Below are positions 38,276 to 48,804 of a stretch of DNA of 64,000 bases, in pieces. The translations under genes were made by a program, and so were the position numbers. Source of the DNA: Nitrospirota bacterium (GTDB lineage: Bacteria > Nitrospirota > UBA9217); the NCBI GenBank assembly GCA_963845065.1, contig CAWJQQ010000009.1:1024001-1088000 (forward strand), in the 5' to 3' direction. Numbering within the stretch: position 1 is the stretch's first letter; each line of letters starts with the position of its first letter. The notes under the pieces were generated by a model. That model was not told where the DNA came from, searched no databases, and saw only the letters and a program-made list of their open reading frames with translations.

Positions 38276-39265
38276 TCAATTGCCGTTTTTGGGATACAAA
38301 AAGGCAAGAAGGCTGTCGGCGGCTGCAGTCGGCGAAGTCTTTTGTTCTTCCACGTCTCTTCTTAACGTTGGTAAGGCCTCGCGGACATGGGGGCTGGCGT
38401 AGAACCATTGTCGTAATCCTTCATCAAGAAGAAAGGCCATCCAGTCGAGGGCTTGGGTTTTTCTTTTTTTCGCCATTTCGCCGCTGATAGTCAATTTTTC
38501 GCGATGGTCCAGGATAGTCTCCCAGATTTTATCAATTCCTGTGCCTTCAACAGCGCTGCAGGTAAGAACTGGGGGGCTCCAATTCGGGCTGTTGGCCATA
38601 AGCATTTGCAAAGCTGTCTGATACTCCTTCTGAGCTATCTCAGCCCGCAACAGATTGTCTCCGTCGGCTTTATTGATGACAATAGCGTCAGCCATTTCAA
38701 GCACGCCTTTTTTTATTCCTTGAAGTTCGTCTCCCGCTCCGGCAATCATCAGCACCAGAAAAAAATCGACCATGGAGGCGACGGTGGTCTCTGATTGACC
38801 AACGCCAACCGTTTCGATTATCACAACATCATAGCCAGCGGCTTCGCAGACGAGCATGGTTTCTCGGGTTTTTCTGCCGACACCGCCGAGAGTTCCACTT
38901 GATGGGGACGGGCGAATAAAGGCGTTTGGGTCAACCGCCAGTCGTCTCATGCGAGTTTTGTCACCCAGAATACTGCCGCCGCTGCGGCTGCTGCTTGGGT
39001 CGATGGCAAGGACGGCAACCCGGTGTCCAAGATCTGTGAGCATTGTCCCAAACCTTTCGATATAGGTACTCTTTCCAGCACCGGGAACGCCGGTTATGCC
39101 AATGCGAATGCCGTGACCAGTATAAGGAAGAAGTCTGTCAATTATGGTTCGGGCAAGCTCTTGATGGGTCGGAAGAGTGCTTTCGATAAGGGTGATGGTC
39201 CTGGCGAGTGTCAGACGATCACGATTAAGAACTCCTGTCACATAGTGCTGGGGATCATTTAACAT
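38276..39265 (-). CDS. meaB: Methylmalonyl-CoA mutase-associated GTPase MeaB
   Basis: GVPGAGKST, DPSS..SGGSILGDKTRM, ETVGVGQSE, NKAD. Confidence 0.95.
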   Translation of the reverse strand: MLNDPQHYVTGVLNRDRLTLARTITLIESTLPTHQELARTIIDRLLPYTGHGIRIGITGVPGAGKSTYIERFGTMLTDLGHRVAVLAIDPSSSRSGGSILGDKTRMRRLAVDPNAFIRPSPSSGTLGGVGRKTRETMLVCEAAGYDVVIIETVGVGQSETTVASMVDFFLVLMIAGAGDELQGIKKGVLEMADAIVINKADGDNLLRAEIAQKEYQTALQMLMANSPNWSPPVLTCSAVEGTGIDKIWETILDHREKLTISGEMAKKRKTQALDWMAFLLDEGLRQWFYASPHVREALPTLRRDVEEQKTSPTAAADSLLAFLYPKNGN

Positions 39266-39416
39266 TGAACATGGATCCTGGTTGGTAGGCCATTGTCTGC
39301 TAATAGGCTTCTCTTAAAAAAGCCACAGAAAGAAAGGCACGAGGTGAAAGGGGCAGCAAAATAAAAAATATCTTGGACAGTTTTAAAGATGGCTGGTCCT
39401 CCCACCAGAGTGAAAA

Positions 39417-39463
39417 TCCATGACAGACTTTGCGGCAGGAAAGGCCGCAAAGTCTGTCATGGA
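39417..39463 (-). terminator. 20-bp perfect inverted repeat after the mutase gene (terminator/stabiliser)
   Basis: TCCATGACAGACTTTGCGGC-N7-GCCGCAAAGTCTGTCATGGA; short T-run on the minus strand. Confidence 0.7.
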
Positions 39464-39477
39464 AAGTATACATTATA

Positions 39478-41613
39478 TTAAAGATATTTTTCCAGCAAGG
39501 CAAGAGTTTTATCGGCAGATTCGGGGATAGGTGTACCTGGCCCAAAAATGGCCTTTACGCCGGCTTTATAGAGGAAATCATAATCCCTAGGAGGTATAAC
39601 ACCCCCGGCAACAACGATAATTCCGCCACCGCCGATTTTTTTCAGTTCTTCAATCAGGGCAGGAATAAGCGACTTGTGCCCGGCCGCAAGAGTTGAGGCG
39701 CCAACGACATGGACGTCGTTTTCAATAGCCATTTTCGCCGCCTCCTCAGGCGTCTGGAACATCGGGCTGATGTCAACATCGAAGCCGAGGTCGGCATAGG
39801 CGCTGGCAATAACCTTGAAGCCGCGATCATGACCGTCCTGACCCATCTTGGTAACCAGGATGCGTGGGCGTCGGCCCTGTTTTTCAAGGAACACATTTGT
39901 TCGTTGTTTTATCGCCGTGATAGCATTGTTGTCACCTATGTATTCCGACGAGTAGGCGCCGGAGATACAACGGGTCGTGGCGACGTAGCGGCCAAACACC
40001 GATTCCATGGCATCAGAAATTTCACCCACAGTAGCTCTTGCCCGAACCGCAGGTAGTGCTGCCTCCAACAAGTTGCCGACGTTTTTCGCGGCTTTGGTCA
40101 GATCTGCAAGGGCTCTTTCGACTGCCACCTTGTCGCGGCTGGCCTTGATTTCTTTAATGCGGGTAATCTGTTCATCGCGAACGGAAGCCGGTACTTCCCG
40201 GACTTCGAAATCAATTTTCTCGTTGGCAATCTTGTATTTGTTGACACCGACTATCACATCAAGGCCTTGATCGATACGAGCCTGTTTTCTTGCCGCCGAT
40301 TCCTCGATACGCATTTTTGGCATACCGCTTTCGATGGCTTTGGCCATTCCACCTAGTTCTTCGATTTCATCGATTATTTTTTGAGATTCATTGATGATGC
40401 TGTTGGTCAGTGATTCGAGATAGTATGAACCACCCAGGGGATCAATGACATGACAGATCTGCGATTCTTCCTGGATGATGATCTGGGTATTGCGGGCAAT
40501 GCGGGCGGAGAAATCAGTTGGCAGACCGATAGCTTCATCAAAGGAATTGGTATGCAGGGACTGGGTACCGCCAAGCGCAGCGGTCATGGCTTCGAGAGTG
40601 GTACGAATGATGTTGTTGTGCGGATCCTGCTCGGTGAGACTCCACCCCGACGTCTGGCAGTGGGTACGGAGCATGGAAGATTTGGCATCTTTGGGGTTAA
40701 ACTGGCTCATTAACCGATACCAGAGGAATCTGGCTGCTCGCAACATGGCAATATCCATAAAGAAATTCATGCCGATGCCGAAAAAGAAAGAAAGCCTTGG
40801 GGCAAAGGTGTCAACATCCATACCGCTCTTCAATGCCGCTTTCACATATTCGACACCATCAGCTAAGGTAAAGGCTGCCTGCAGAACGCTATTGGCGCCT
40901 GCTTCCATCATATGGTAGCCGCTGATGCTGATCGTATTGTATTTGGGCATCTCCTTGGAACAATAGGCAATGATATCGGAGATAATACGCATCGATGGGA
41001 TGGGTGGGTAGATATAGGTGTTGCGGGTAAGATACTCTTTGAGGATGTCGTTTTGTATCGTGCCTTCCAGTTTGTCGTGGGCAACACCCTGTTCTTCGGC
41101 GGCGACAATATACCCGGCGAGTATCGGAATAACCGCACCATTCATGGTCATTGATACCGACATCTGGTCAAGAGGAATGCCGTTGAAAAGAATTTTCATA
41201 TCTTCAACGGAATCTATGGCAACACCCGCCTTGCCGATATCGCCGGCAACCCGTGGATGGTCGGAATCATAGCCCCTGTGGGTAGCCAAATCGAAGGCGA
41301 CCGACAGACCTTTTTGCCCGGCGGCCAGCGCCTTATGGTAAAAGGCATTCGATTCTTTGGCGGTTGAGAAACCGGCATACTGACGAATGGTCCACGGTCG
41401 CCCGGTATACATGGTGGCCATAGGGCCTCGGACATACGGAGCCATTCCAGGGAGGGTATTAGCTGATTCCATGCCCTCCAGATCTTCGGCGGTATATAGA
41501 GGTTTGACCTTAATACCTTCCGGGGTCATCCAGGAAAGTGTCTCTACGGATTTGCCCTTCATTTGCTTTTCAGCAATTTCTATCCATTTTGGTAGTTGTG
41601 GATGTTGTGCCAT
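39478..41613 (-). CDS. scpA: B12-dependent methylmalonyl-CoA mutase
   Basis: [39 protein letters not shown] cobalamin motif. Confidence 0.96.
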   Translation of the reverse strand: MAQHPQLPKWIEIAEKQMKGKSVETLSWMTPEGIKVKPLYTAEDLEGMESANTLPGMAPYVRGPMATMYTGRPWTIRQYAGFSTAKESNAFYHKALAAGQKGLSVAFDLATHRGYDSDHPRVAGDIGKAGVAIDSVEDMKILFNGIPLDQMSVSMTMNGAVIPILAGYIVAAEEQGVAHDKLEGTIQNDILKEYLTRNTYIYPPIPSMRIISDIIAYCSKEMPKYNTISISGYHMMEAGANSVLQAAFTLADGVEYVKAALKSGMDVDTFAPRLSFFFGIGMNFFMDIAMLRAARFLWYRLMSQFNPKDAKSSMLRTHCQTSGWSLTEQDPHNNIIRTTLEAMTAALGGTQSLHTNSFDEAIGLPTDFSARIARNTQIIIQEESQICHVIDPLGGSYYLESLTNSIINESQKIIDEIEELGGMAKAIESGMPKMRIEESAARKQARIDQGLDVIVGVNKYKIANEKIDFEVREVPASVRDEQITRIKEIKASRDKVAVERALADLTKAAKNVGNLLEAALPAVRARATVGEISDAMESVFGRYVATTRCISGAYSSEYIGDNNAITAIKQRTNVFLEKQGRRPRILVTKMGQDGHDRGFKVIASAYADLGFDVDISPMFQTPEEAAKMAIENDVHVVGASTLAAGHKSLIPALIEELKKIGGGGIIVVAGGVIPPRDYDFLYKAGVKAIFGPGTPIPESADKTLALLEKYL

Positions 41614-41638
41614 TTGTTACTCCTTGTCAGAGGGTGTG

Positions 41639-42040
41639 TCAACGCTCACAAAGTTCAACCAGGACACCTCCGGTGGCCTTGGGGTGCAGGAAGGCAATCC
41701 TGGCGCCACCAGCACCGATTCGCGGTTGCTGGTCGATGAGTTCAATACCTTTTTCCCTAAGTTCATTTAAAGCATCTTCGATATTTGCTACTCGAAAAGC
41801 GACATGCTGAAACCCGGTGCCTTTCTTTTCAATGAATTTTGCCACCGGTCCATCGGGTGAGGTTGACTCAAGAAGTTCCACTTCACTGTCACCGACTGGG
41901 AAAAATGCTGTGGTCACTTTTTGGGTTTCTACCGTTTCAGAGCCTTCGAGCCTCAGTCCGAGAACGTCGGACCAAAAGTTTTTTCCGTCAGCAATACTGT
42001 TGACAGCTATTCCCAGATGGTCGATTTTAAGTATTTCCAT
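41639..42040 (-). CDS. mce: Methylmalonyl-CoA epimerase
   Basis: IDHLGIAV, ELLE, HVAF, FLHPK..GGVLVEL. Confidence 0.94.
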   Translation of the reverse strand: MEILKIDHLGIAVNSIADGKNFWSDVLGLRLEGSETVETQKVTTAFFPVGDSEVELLESTSPDGPVAKFIEKKGTGFQHVAFRVANIEDALNELREKGIELIDQQPRIGAGGARIAFLHPKATGGVLVELCER

Positions 42041-42188
42041 TGTGTACCTCCAAGGCGTCAGAGTCTTGTGCTATCTTACTACCATGCTTAAAAAGCAATT
42101 TTTTATCAACCAATCATTTGATCAGATCCTGCGAGCTTTCTGTGTGTCACAGGCGCTTCGAAAAGACGCAACGATCTTCTCCACAAAA

Positions 42189-43058
42189 TCAAAAAACGCC
42201 GGCGCAGAAATCACCGAACCTTCCGAGATTATCACATATATGAATGCCTGCTTCCTTCATGACTGCAATCTTTGACTGGGCCGTGCCGCTTTTGCCATTG
42301 ACTATCGCCCCGGCATGCCCCATGCGTCTGCCCGGGGGAGCGCTTAATCCCGCGACAAACCCGACAACAGGTTTGCTCACTTTTTCCCGGATATAGGCAG
42401 CGGCATCTTCCTCTGCACTGCCTCCTATCTCGCCCACAAGGACGACACCCTTCGTCTCCGGATCCTCTTCAAAGGCCCTGAGACAATCGATAAAGTTCGT
42501 TCCGTTCACCGGATCGCCTCCGATGCCGAGGCAGGTAGTCTGGCCGATTCCCTTCGTGGTCAGCTGATGCACCACCTCATAGGTTAGTGTGCCTGAGCGC
42601 GACACAACGCCGATCGGCCCGCCTGGCTTGTGGATGAAGCCGGGCATGATGCCGATCTTGCACTGGCTGGGCGTTATAATCCCGGGGCAGTTCGGCCCGA
42701 TCAACCTGACCTTTTTCCCGGACAGATAATTCTTGATACGCATCATGTCGAGCACTGGAATGCCCTCGGTAATGGCTACAATAAGATCAACATCCCCGTC
42801 GATCGCTTCCATGATCGCACTCGCGGCAAAGGCAGGAGGCACAAAGATCATGCTGCAGTTAGCCCCGGTTTCATGTACTGCTTCCCGGACAGTATTAAAA
42901 ACCGGCACATCATCCATGGTCTGTCCGCCCTTCCCGGGGGTCACGCCAGCCACTACCTGTGTACCGTATTCGATGCACTGCCGGGTGTGGAACATGCCTT
43001 CTCTCCCGGTAATCCCCTGGACAAGCAGCTTTGTTTTTTTATCTGCAAATATTGCCAT
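42189..43058 (-). CDS. sucD: Succinyl-CoA synthetase alpha
   Basis: [34 protein letters not shown]. Confidence 0.96.
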   Translation of the reverse strand: MAIFADKKTKLLVQGITGREGMFHTRQCIEYGTQVVAGVTPGKGGQTMDDVPVFNTVREAVHETGANCSMIFVPPAFAASAIMEAIDGDVDLIVAITEGIPVLDMMRIKNYLSGKKVRLIGPNCPGIITPSQCKIGIMPGFIHKPGGPIGVVSRSGTLTYEVVHQLTTKGIGQTTCLGIGGDPVNGTNFIDCLRAFEEDPETKGVVLVGEIGGSAEEDAAAYIREKVSKPVVGFVAGLSAPPGRRMGHAGAIVNGKSGTAQSKIAVMKEAGIHICDNLGRFGDFCAGVF

Positions 43059-43091
43059 GATTATTTATCTTGCCTCCCTAAAGACTCTCAT

Positions 43092-44255
43092 TCAATTACG
43101 GACGATCTCTGCGATCTTTTCTGCCGCATCGTTCAGGTTTTCTGCTGTAATTAGATTTAGGCCTGATGCAGCGAGGATCTCTCTGCCCTTTTCGACATTG
43201 GTCCCCTGCATCCGGATCACGACCGGCACCTTTATTCCAGTCTTCCTGGCAGCCTTGACAACTCCTTCGGCCAGAACATCGCACCGGAGAATCCCGCCGA
43301 AAATATTGATCAGAATCCCTTTCACATTGCTGTCGCTCAAAATGATCCGGAAACCGTTCTCGACCATTTCCGCATTCGCACCGCCGCCCACGTCCAAAAA
43401 GTTCGCCGGCTTCGCACCGGCACTCTTGATGAGATCCATGGTGGCCATGGCCAATCCCGCGCCATTGACCATATTGCCGACATTTCCATCGAGGTTGATG
43501 TAATTAAGGTTGTATTTGGATGCCTCCAGTTCAAGGGGATTCTCTTCATCAGTATCCCTGAATTTCATAATATCCTTCTGCCGGAACAGAGCGTTGTCAT
43601 CGATTTCCATCTTTGCATCCAGCGCAACCAGGGTTTCGCGGGCGGTAATCACGAGCGGATTGATCTCGAGCAACGAACAGTCGGCCTCGATAAAAAGTCC
43701 GTACAGGTTTTCAACCAGCTTGGTGAATTTTTCGGCAAGCGAATCGGTAAGATTGAGACCGGACGCGATTTCCCTGCAATGACCGGGCTCGATTCCGGTG
43801 AGAGGATTAATCAACACCCTAGTGATCTTTTCAGGGTGTTGGGCCGCGACTTCCTCGATATTCATTCCCCCGGCCCGGCTGGCAATGATCATGATCTTTG
43901 CGGTGGACCGGTCCGGAAGGATCGAAAAATAGAGCTCCTGGGCAATATCAAGCCCCTGCTCCACCAGGACTTTTCCGACCTTCTTTCCCTGCGGTCCTGT
44001 CTGGGGCGTCACCAGCGGCCTGCCCATTATGGCCTCTGCCGCGCTCCGCGCCTCATCAAGGGTCCAGGCAAGTTTAACACCGCCGCCCTTGCCGCGGCCG
44101 CCCGCATGAATTTGCGCCTTGATTACAACAGGGAACTTGCCAAGCTTTTCAGCCGCTGCACGGGCGTCATCAGGGCTTGTTGCAATATATCCCTCAGGTA
44201 CGGGAATATGATGATTCCGAAATAATTCCTTGGCCTGATATTCATGTATTTTCAT
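43092..44255 (-). CDS. sucC: Succinyl-CoA synthetase beta
   Basis: HEYQAK, GGRGKGGGV, EINPL, NGAGLAMATMD, NIFGGI. Confidence 0.96.
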   Translation of the reverse strand: MKIHEYQAKELFRNHHIPVPEGYIATSPDDARAAAEKLGKFPVVIKAQIHAGGRGKGGGVKLAWTLDEARSAAEAIMGRPLVTPQTGPQGKKVGKVLVEQGLDIAQELYFSILPDRSTAKIMIIASRAGGMNIEEVAAQHPEKITRVLINPLTGIEPGHCREIASGLNLTDSLAEKFTKLVENLYGLFIEADCSLLEINPLVITARETLVALDAKMEIDDNALFRQKDIMKFRDTDEENPLELEASKYNLNYINLDGNVGNMVNGAGLAMATMDLIKSAGAKPANFLDVGGGANAEMVENGFRIILSDSNVKGILINIFGGILRCDVLAEGVVKAARKTGIKVPVVIRMQGTNVEKGREILAASGLNLITAENLNDAAEKIAEIVRN

Positions 44256-44375
44256 GGAACCACCTTCTTCACCGGAAATTCCGGTGACCTGAAAACAAGA
44301 ATTGTCGCTAAATTCTAACAGAATAAATCATACGTCGGCAATACATCTATCGGTGCTCCAGATTTTCGGATGCAC

Positions 44376-45218
44376 TTAGTTAATCTGTCGTGCAAGGCCG
44401 CTCAGTACCGTTCCCGGGCCGACCTCGATAAACATGTCAGCGCCCTGATCACGCAGGCCCTTGATCGTCTCATCCCACCTCACACTGCTGTAGATCTGCT
44501 TGACCAGATTCGATCCAATAGAATCATCCGTGTACGGCTGGGCACTGCAGTTGGCAATACAGGGAATCTTCAAACTGTTAAAGCTGAATCCTGCCAGGAA
44601 GGCCTCAAACTCTTCCGCTGCCGGCTTCATATAACGACTATGAAAAGCGCCGCTGACAGGGAGAATGACCACCCGCCGGGCTCCCTTTTCCTTCATCCGT
44701 GGAGCAAATGCTTCGATATCTGCCTTGGGACCGGAAATGACTATCTGGCCCGGAGAATTGAAATTGGCCACATCAATACTACCGGCACCGAGCTCGGCCA
44801 GGGCCGAGGCAACGGCATCACCCGTCATGCCCAATATGGCTGCCATGCCGCCGCCGGTGGTTGCGTTCATCAGTGCGCCGCGCTTCCGGACCAGCTTAAG
44901 GCCGACGGTAAAATCGAAGGCGCCCGCGGCATACAGGGCGGCATATTCGCCCAGGCTGTGGCCGATCACAAAATCCGGCCTGATCTTCTCGGCCTCGACC
45001 TTATCCAAATAGCTCAGGCTGTCGACGACGTACAGCGCAGGCTGGGTGTAGTCGGTACGCTTGAGCTTATCGTCAGGATTCACAAGGCAGAGTTCCTTGA
45101 TCGAGTAGCCGAGGACTGCATCCGCCTCAACGACCAGGTCAGGATATCGTTCAAAGAGTTCAGCACCCATACCGAGGGATTGGGAACCCTGTCCAGGGAA
45201 CATAAATACCATTGCCAT
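44376..45218 (-). CDS. fabD: Malonyl-CoA:ACP acyltransferase (FabD / stand-alone trans-AT-like)
   Basis: FPGQGSQ, TQPAL, GHSLGEY, SGAFHS, EVGPG; GGAGG SD before ATG 45218. Confidence 0.85.
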   Translation of the reverse strand: MAMVFMFPGQGSQSLGMGAELFERYPDLVVEADAVLGYSIKELCLVNPDDKLKRTDYTQPALYVVDSLSYLDKVEAEKIRPDFVIGHSLGEYAALYAAGAFDFTVGLKLVRKRGALMNATTGGGMAAILGMTGDAVASALAELGAGSIDVANFNSPGQIVISGPKADIEAFAPRMKEKGARRVVILPVSGAFHSRYMKPAAEEFEAFLAGFSFNSLKIPCIANCSAQPYTDDSIGSNLVKQIYSSVRWDETIKGLRDQGADMFIEVGPGTVLSGLARQIN

Positions 45219-45370
45219 GAAATACCTCCGGATGCAGTAGAATATAAAGAGCAATTATCATTCCAGAATCCGTGATAAGATGAATAAATCGTATTGAGTT
45301 GAAATAATATATCCTCCTAACGGAAGCTGATTGCAAAGTCTGGAATAGCCCACGCAAATTATATCATAAT

Positions 45371-45384
45371 TGCAAATTTTTGCA
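45371..45384. promoter_or_regulatory. Palindromic candidate activator site
   Basis: TGCAAATTTTTGCA, ~165 bp upstream of a sigma54 promoter; similar to the sites at 23578-23625. Confidence 0.5.
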
Positions 45385-45547
45385 GGCATGTTCTTGCTCT
45401 CTACACTCATACTGAACATGGTGATACTGTTTCTATATTATCAGGCGGGGTCGATCAGAAGGACAAAATCCCCAGAGGATCAGCGAGTTGGGTTCGAGAC
45501 AACCATACACCCGTGTTATAGTTTGCGCATCCCCACCCACCCAAATA

Positions 45548-45563
45548 TGGCACTTGTTATGCA
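45548..45563 (+). promoter_or_regulatory. sigma54 promoter of acnA
   Basis: TGGCACTTGTTATGCA = GG-N10-GC. Confidence 0.65.
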
Positions 45564-45689
45564 TCCCGAGATATAGTACAATTCGAACGGATCCAAATTG
45601 TTGCAATCAGCATGACCTGACGTGATTGCTAACAACCCAACCGCTGCCTCGTGAAGCGGACAACTGATCATTCCGGTTGAGGAGCTTAC

Positions 45690-48392
45690 GTGACCAGCGA
45701 CCCCTTTAATTCTCTAAAAGATTTCGATCCCGGTACGGGCAAAAAAGGGAAGTTCCATTCCCTTCCCGCCCTCGAAGAGGCGGGGATCGGCATGATTTCG
45801 CATTTGCCGGTTTCGATCAGGATCGTGCTCGAATCGGTGCTGCGAAATTATGACGGCAAGAAGATAACGGAAGACCACGTAAAACAGCTGGCCGCCTGGT
45901 CTCCCCAAGCACGCCGCGTTGAGGAAATTCCCTTTGTTGTTGCACGCATCCTGCTCCAGGATTTTACCGGCGTGCCCCTCCTGTGCGATCTGGCGGCAAT
46001 GCGCGGCGCGGCGCGCAGGATGGGCAAAAATCCGCGCATCATTGAACCGCTTGTCCCGGTCGATCTGGTCGTGGATCACTCTGTGCAGATCGACTCCTAC
46101 GGAAACCGTGATGCCCTTCAACAAAATATGGAAATGGAATTCAAGCGCAACCGGGAACGGTACGAGTTCCTGAAGTGGGGAATGAACACATTCCATACCT
46201 TTAAAGTTATCCCGCCAGGCATAGGCATCGTTCACCAGGTTAATCTCGAATACCTGGCGCGTGGTGTGCATATCAAGAATGATGTTTACTTTCCCGATAC
46301 GCTTGTTGGCACTGACAGCCATACGACAATGATCAATGGTATCGGCTCGGTCGGCTGGGGTGTGGGAGGGATAGAGGCGGAAGCGGGTATGCTGGGCCAA
46401 CCGCTCTACTTCCTTACGCCTGATGTGGTGGGGGTAAACCTGACGGGAAAGCTTCGGGAAGGCGTAACCGCTACCGATCTCGTGCTGACAATCACCGAAT
46501 TGCTGCGAAAAAATAAGGTCGTTGGCGCTTTTGTCGAGTTCTTCGGATCAGGTACTGAATCACTCAGCGTGCCTGACCGGGCCACAATAGCGAATATGTC
46601 GCCGGAATACGGCGCAACGATGGGCTTCTTCCCGATCGATGATGTGACCATTGAGTATTTCCGCACTAGCGGACGGACTCTTAATGATGTCGACGCATGC
46701 AGGTCATACTACACCGCCCAGGGAATGTACGGTATTCCCAAAGCTGGCGAAATAGATTACTCGCGAACGATTGCATTTGATCTCTATTCAGTCAAGCCTT
46801 CCGTTGCCGGACCAAAACGTCCGCAGGACAGGATTGGACTTCCTGCATTAAAAAGCACGATGACCCAATTATTTGTCAAACCGGCAGCGGAGAGCGGATT
46901 TGCCAAGAAAGCGGAGGATATTTCCGGGCGCTTCAAAATAAAAGATGGAGACGACATCGGCAATGGAGATGTGATTATTGCGGCCATTACCTCCTGCACG
47001 AATACCTCTAATCCGTCGGTGCTGCTTGCTGCGGGCCTACTTGCGAAAAAAGCGCTGGAGAGGGGACTTCGGGTCAATAAAAAAATTAAAACGTCCCTTG
47101 CACCCGGTTCGCGCGTCGTGACCGAATATCTGGATAAGGTCGGCCTCCTTTCTTCCCTAGAGCAACTCGGCTTCTATACAGCAGCCTACGGTTGTACGAC
47201 CTGCATCGGTAACTCAGGCCCCCTAGATGAGGGAATCGAGAAGGTCATTGTGCAGAACGACCTCATCTGCGCTGCGGTTCTTTCAGGCAACCGTAACTTC
47301 GAGGCAAGGATCCATCCGAACCTGCGTGCGAACTTCTTGATGAGCCCGCCCCTCGTAGTAGCGTTTGCCATTGCCGGCACCGTGCTCTGGGATCCGGATA
47401 ATGATCCTGTTGGCATTGGAAAGGACGGGAGCAACGTTTACCTTAAAGACATCTGGCCTAGCAACGCAGAAGTGGCTTCAGTGATGAAGTACGCTGCTGA
47501 CCCCGGCACATTCCAGCGGCTCTATGCAAATCCGACCAAAGACCACGCTTTATGGAACAGTGTATCAATGGTTTCGGACGAAGTCTACCCGTGGCCGAAA
47601 TCCACCTACATTGCTGAGCCGCCTTTTTTCATGGATTTCACCATGCAACGGGGCTCTGTCAACGACATTCTCGGAGCCCGGACGCTCGGCATATTCGGCG
47701 ACTCGCTGACGACTGATCATATCAGTCCTGCAGGATCTATCAAAGAAGCCTCACCCGCAGGAAGCTATCTGCTGCGTAACGGCGTTGCCAAGACTGATTT
47801 CCAGAGTTACGGGACCCGTCGCGGTAATCATGACGTTATGATTCGAGGCACCTTTGCTAACGTACGTATCAAGAACCTAATGCTGCCACCGAAGGAAGAT
47901 GGCACTCGTGTGGAAGGCGGCATAACGCTGTTTCAACCTACCGGAGAGAGGATGACGATTTATGATGCCGCAATGAAATATGTGGCTCAAGGCACGCCGA
48001 CTGTTGTTTTCGGTGGAGAGGAATACGGAACCGGATCATCTCGTGATTGGGCGGCCAAAGGGACCAGACTTTTGGGAGTGCGGGCTGTTATCGCGCGTAG
48101 CTTCGAGCATATCCACCGCTCCAACCTCGTGGGAATGGGTGTTTTGCCGCTTCAGTTCCAAGGCAACGATTCCGTTCAATCGCTGCAACTCATTGGAGAT
48201 GAGGAATTCGATATTGTCGGATTGAATAATCTTATGCCTCAACAGGAAATTAGCCTTATCATCAAAAGCGGGCGGGGCGCTCACCGTGAAATCAAGCTGC
48301 TGTCGCGGATTGACACTCCGATCGAAGTTGACTATTATCAAAACGGAGGGATTTTGCAGTATGTACTCCGCAAGCTTATGGATGAATCATAG
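45690..48392 (+). CDS. acnA: Aconitate hydratase A
   Basis: [56 protein letters not shown] start with GAGGAG SD. Confidence 0.95.
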   Translation: MTSDPFNSLKDFDPGTGKKGKFHSLPALEEAGIGMISHLPVSIRIVLESVLRNYDGKKITEDHVKQLAAWSPQARRVEEIPFVVARILLQDFTGVPLLCDLAAMRGAARRMGKNPRIIEPLVPVDLVVDHSVQIDSYGNRDALQQNMEMEFKRNRERYEFLKWGMNTFHTFKVIPPGIGIVHQVNLEYLARGVHIKNDVYFPDTLVGTDSHTTMINGIGSVGWGVGGIEAEAGMLGQPLYFLTPDVVGVNLTGKLREGVTATDLVLTITELLRKNKVVGAFVEFFGSGTESLSVPDRATIANMSPEYGATMGFFPIDDVTIEYFRTSGRTLNDVDACRSYYTAQGMYGIPKAGEIDYSRTIAFDLYSVKPSVAGPKRPQDRIGLPALKSTMTQLFVKPAAESGFAKKAEDISGRFKIKDGDDIGNGDVIIAAITSCTNTSNPSVLLAAGLLAKKALERGLRVNKKIKTSLAPGSRVVTEYLDKVGLLSSLEQLGFYTAAYGCTTCIGNSGPLDEGIEKVIVQNDLICAAVLSGNRNFEARIHPNLRANFLMSPPLVVAFAIAGTVLWDPDNDPVGIGKDGSNVYLKDIWPSNAEVASVMKYAADPGTFQRLYANPTKDHALWNSVSMVSDEVYPWPKSTYIAEPPFFMDFTMQRGSVNDILGARTLGIFGDSLTTDHISPAGSIKEASPAGSYLLRNGVAKTDFQSYGTRRGNHDVMIRGTFANVRIKNLMLPPKEDGTRVEGGITLFQPTGERMTIYDAAMKYVAQGTPTVVFGGEEYGTGSSRDWAAKGTRLLGVRAVIARSFEHIHRSNLVGMGVLPLQFQGNDSVQSLQLIGDEEFDIVGLNNLMPQQEISLIIKSGRGAHREIKLLSRIDTPIEVDYYQNGGILQYVLRKLMDES

Positions 48393-48505
48393 TTCGAATT
48401 GACAGAGAAACGGCAAACTGATCATCAGAGTGTGCGTTCATACCAGTTTTATTGATAGGAGAGTAGCAAAAACGAGCACATTAAAACAAATGTGAGGAGG
48501 CTAAT

Positions 48506-48685
48506 ATGGGAAAGGATGAGGATCTCTGTCAGAAAGACATTAATACCTTAGAGGAGTTCCGGACTGAGGCGGCAGGAGCCATCACATGGAGTGAGAAGTG
48601 GGACAAGGACCTTGATGACTCGGACAATCCATTCTTCCGCAGGTTCAGGCAATATGTTCTTCGAGAACTGATGGATGGGCCATAA
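48506..48685 (+). pseudogene. Diverged partial 5' copy of prpE
   Basis: MGKDEDLCQKDI...EAAGAITWSEKWDKDLDDSDNPFFRRF vs MGKYQELFQKSI...EAAEAITWTKKWDKVLDDSNKPFYRWF; the same AATGTGAGGAGG precedes both. Confidence 0.82.
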
Positions 48686-48804
48686 CGCGAATTGATAGAG
48701 AAGCAGCAAGCTGACCATCAGAGTTTGCAATCTTATCGTTTTTTTTTGGGCATCACAGTAGCAAAAATATGCACATTCAAACAATGTGAGGAGGTAAGTT
48801 AATT

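Larger units (their letters stand above)
36789..38279 (+). mobile_element. IS200/IS605-family tnpB-only element 2
   Basis: Inserted after TTTAT (36784-36788). LE hairpin CCCCGGCCgtcaGGCCGGGG. RE GAAT + CCCCG..CGGGG hairpin + TCAA (38276-38279). Boundaries agree with the empty-site paralogue at 29772-29821. Confidence 0.92.

Noticed and set aside
29800..38300. CRISPR array associated with the TnpB/Cas12-like genes
   Set aside because: No regularly spaced repeats; both genes are bounded by IS200/IS605 ends.
44370..45275. 301-aa plus-strand ORF and other long antisense ORFs (e.g. 9294-9947, 30034-30855, 42733-43503, 48910-49671)
   Set aside because: Shadow frames opposite well-supported genes, with no recognisable motifs.
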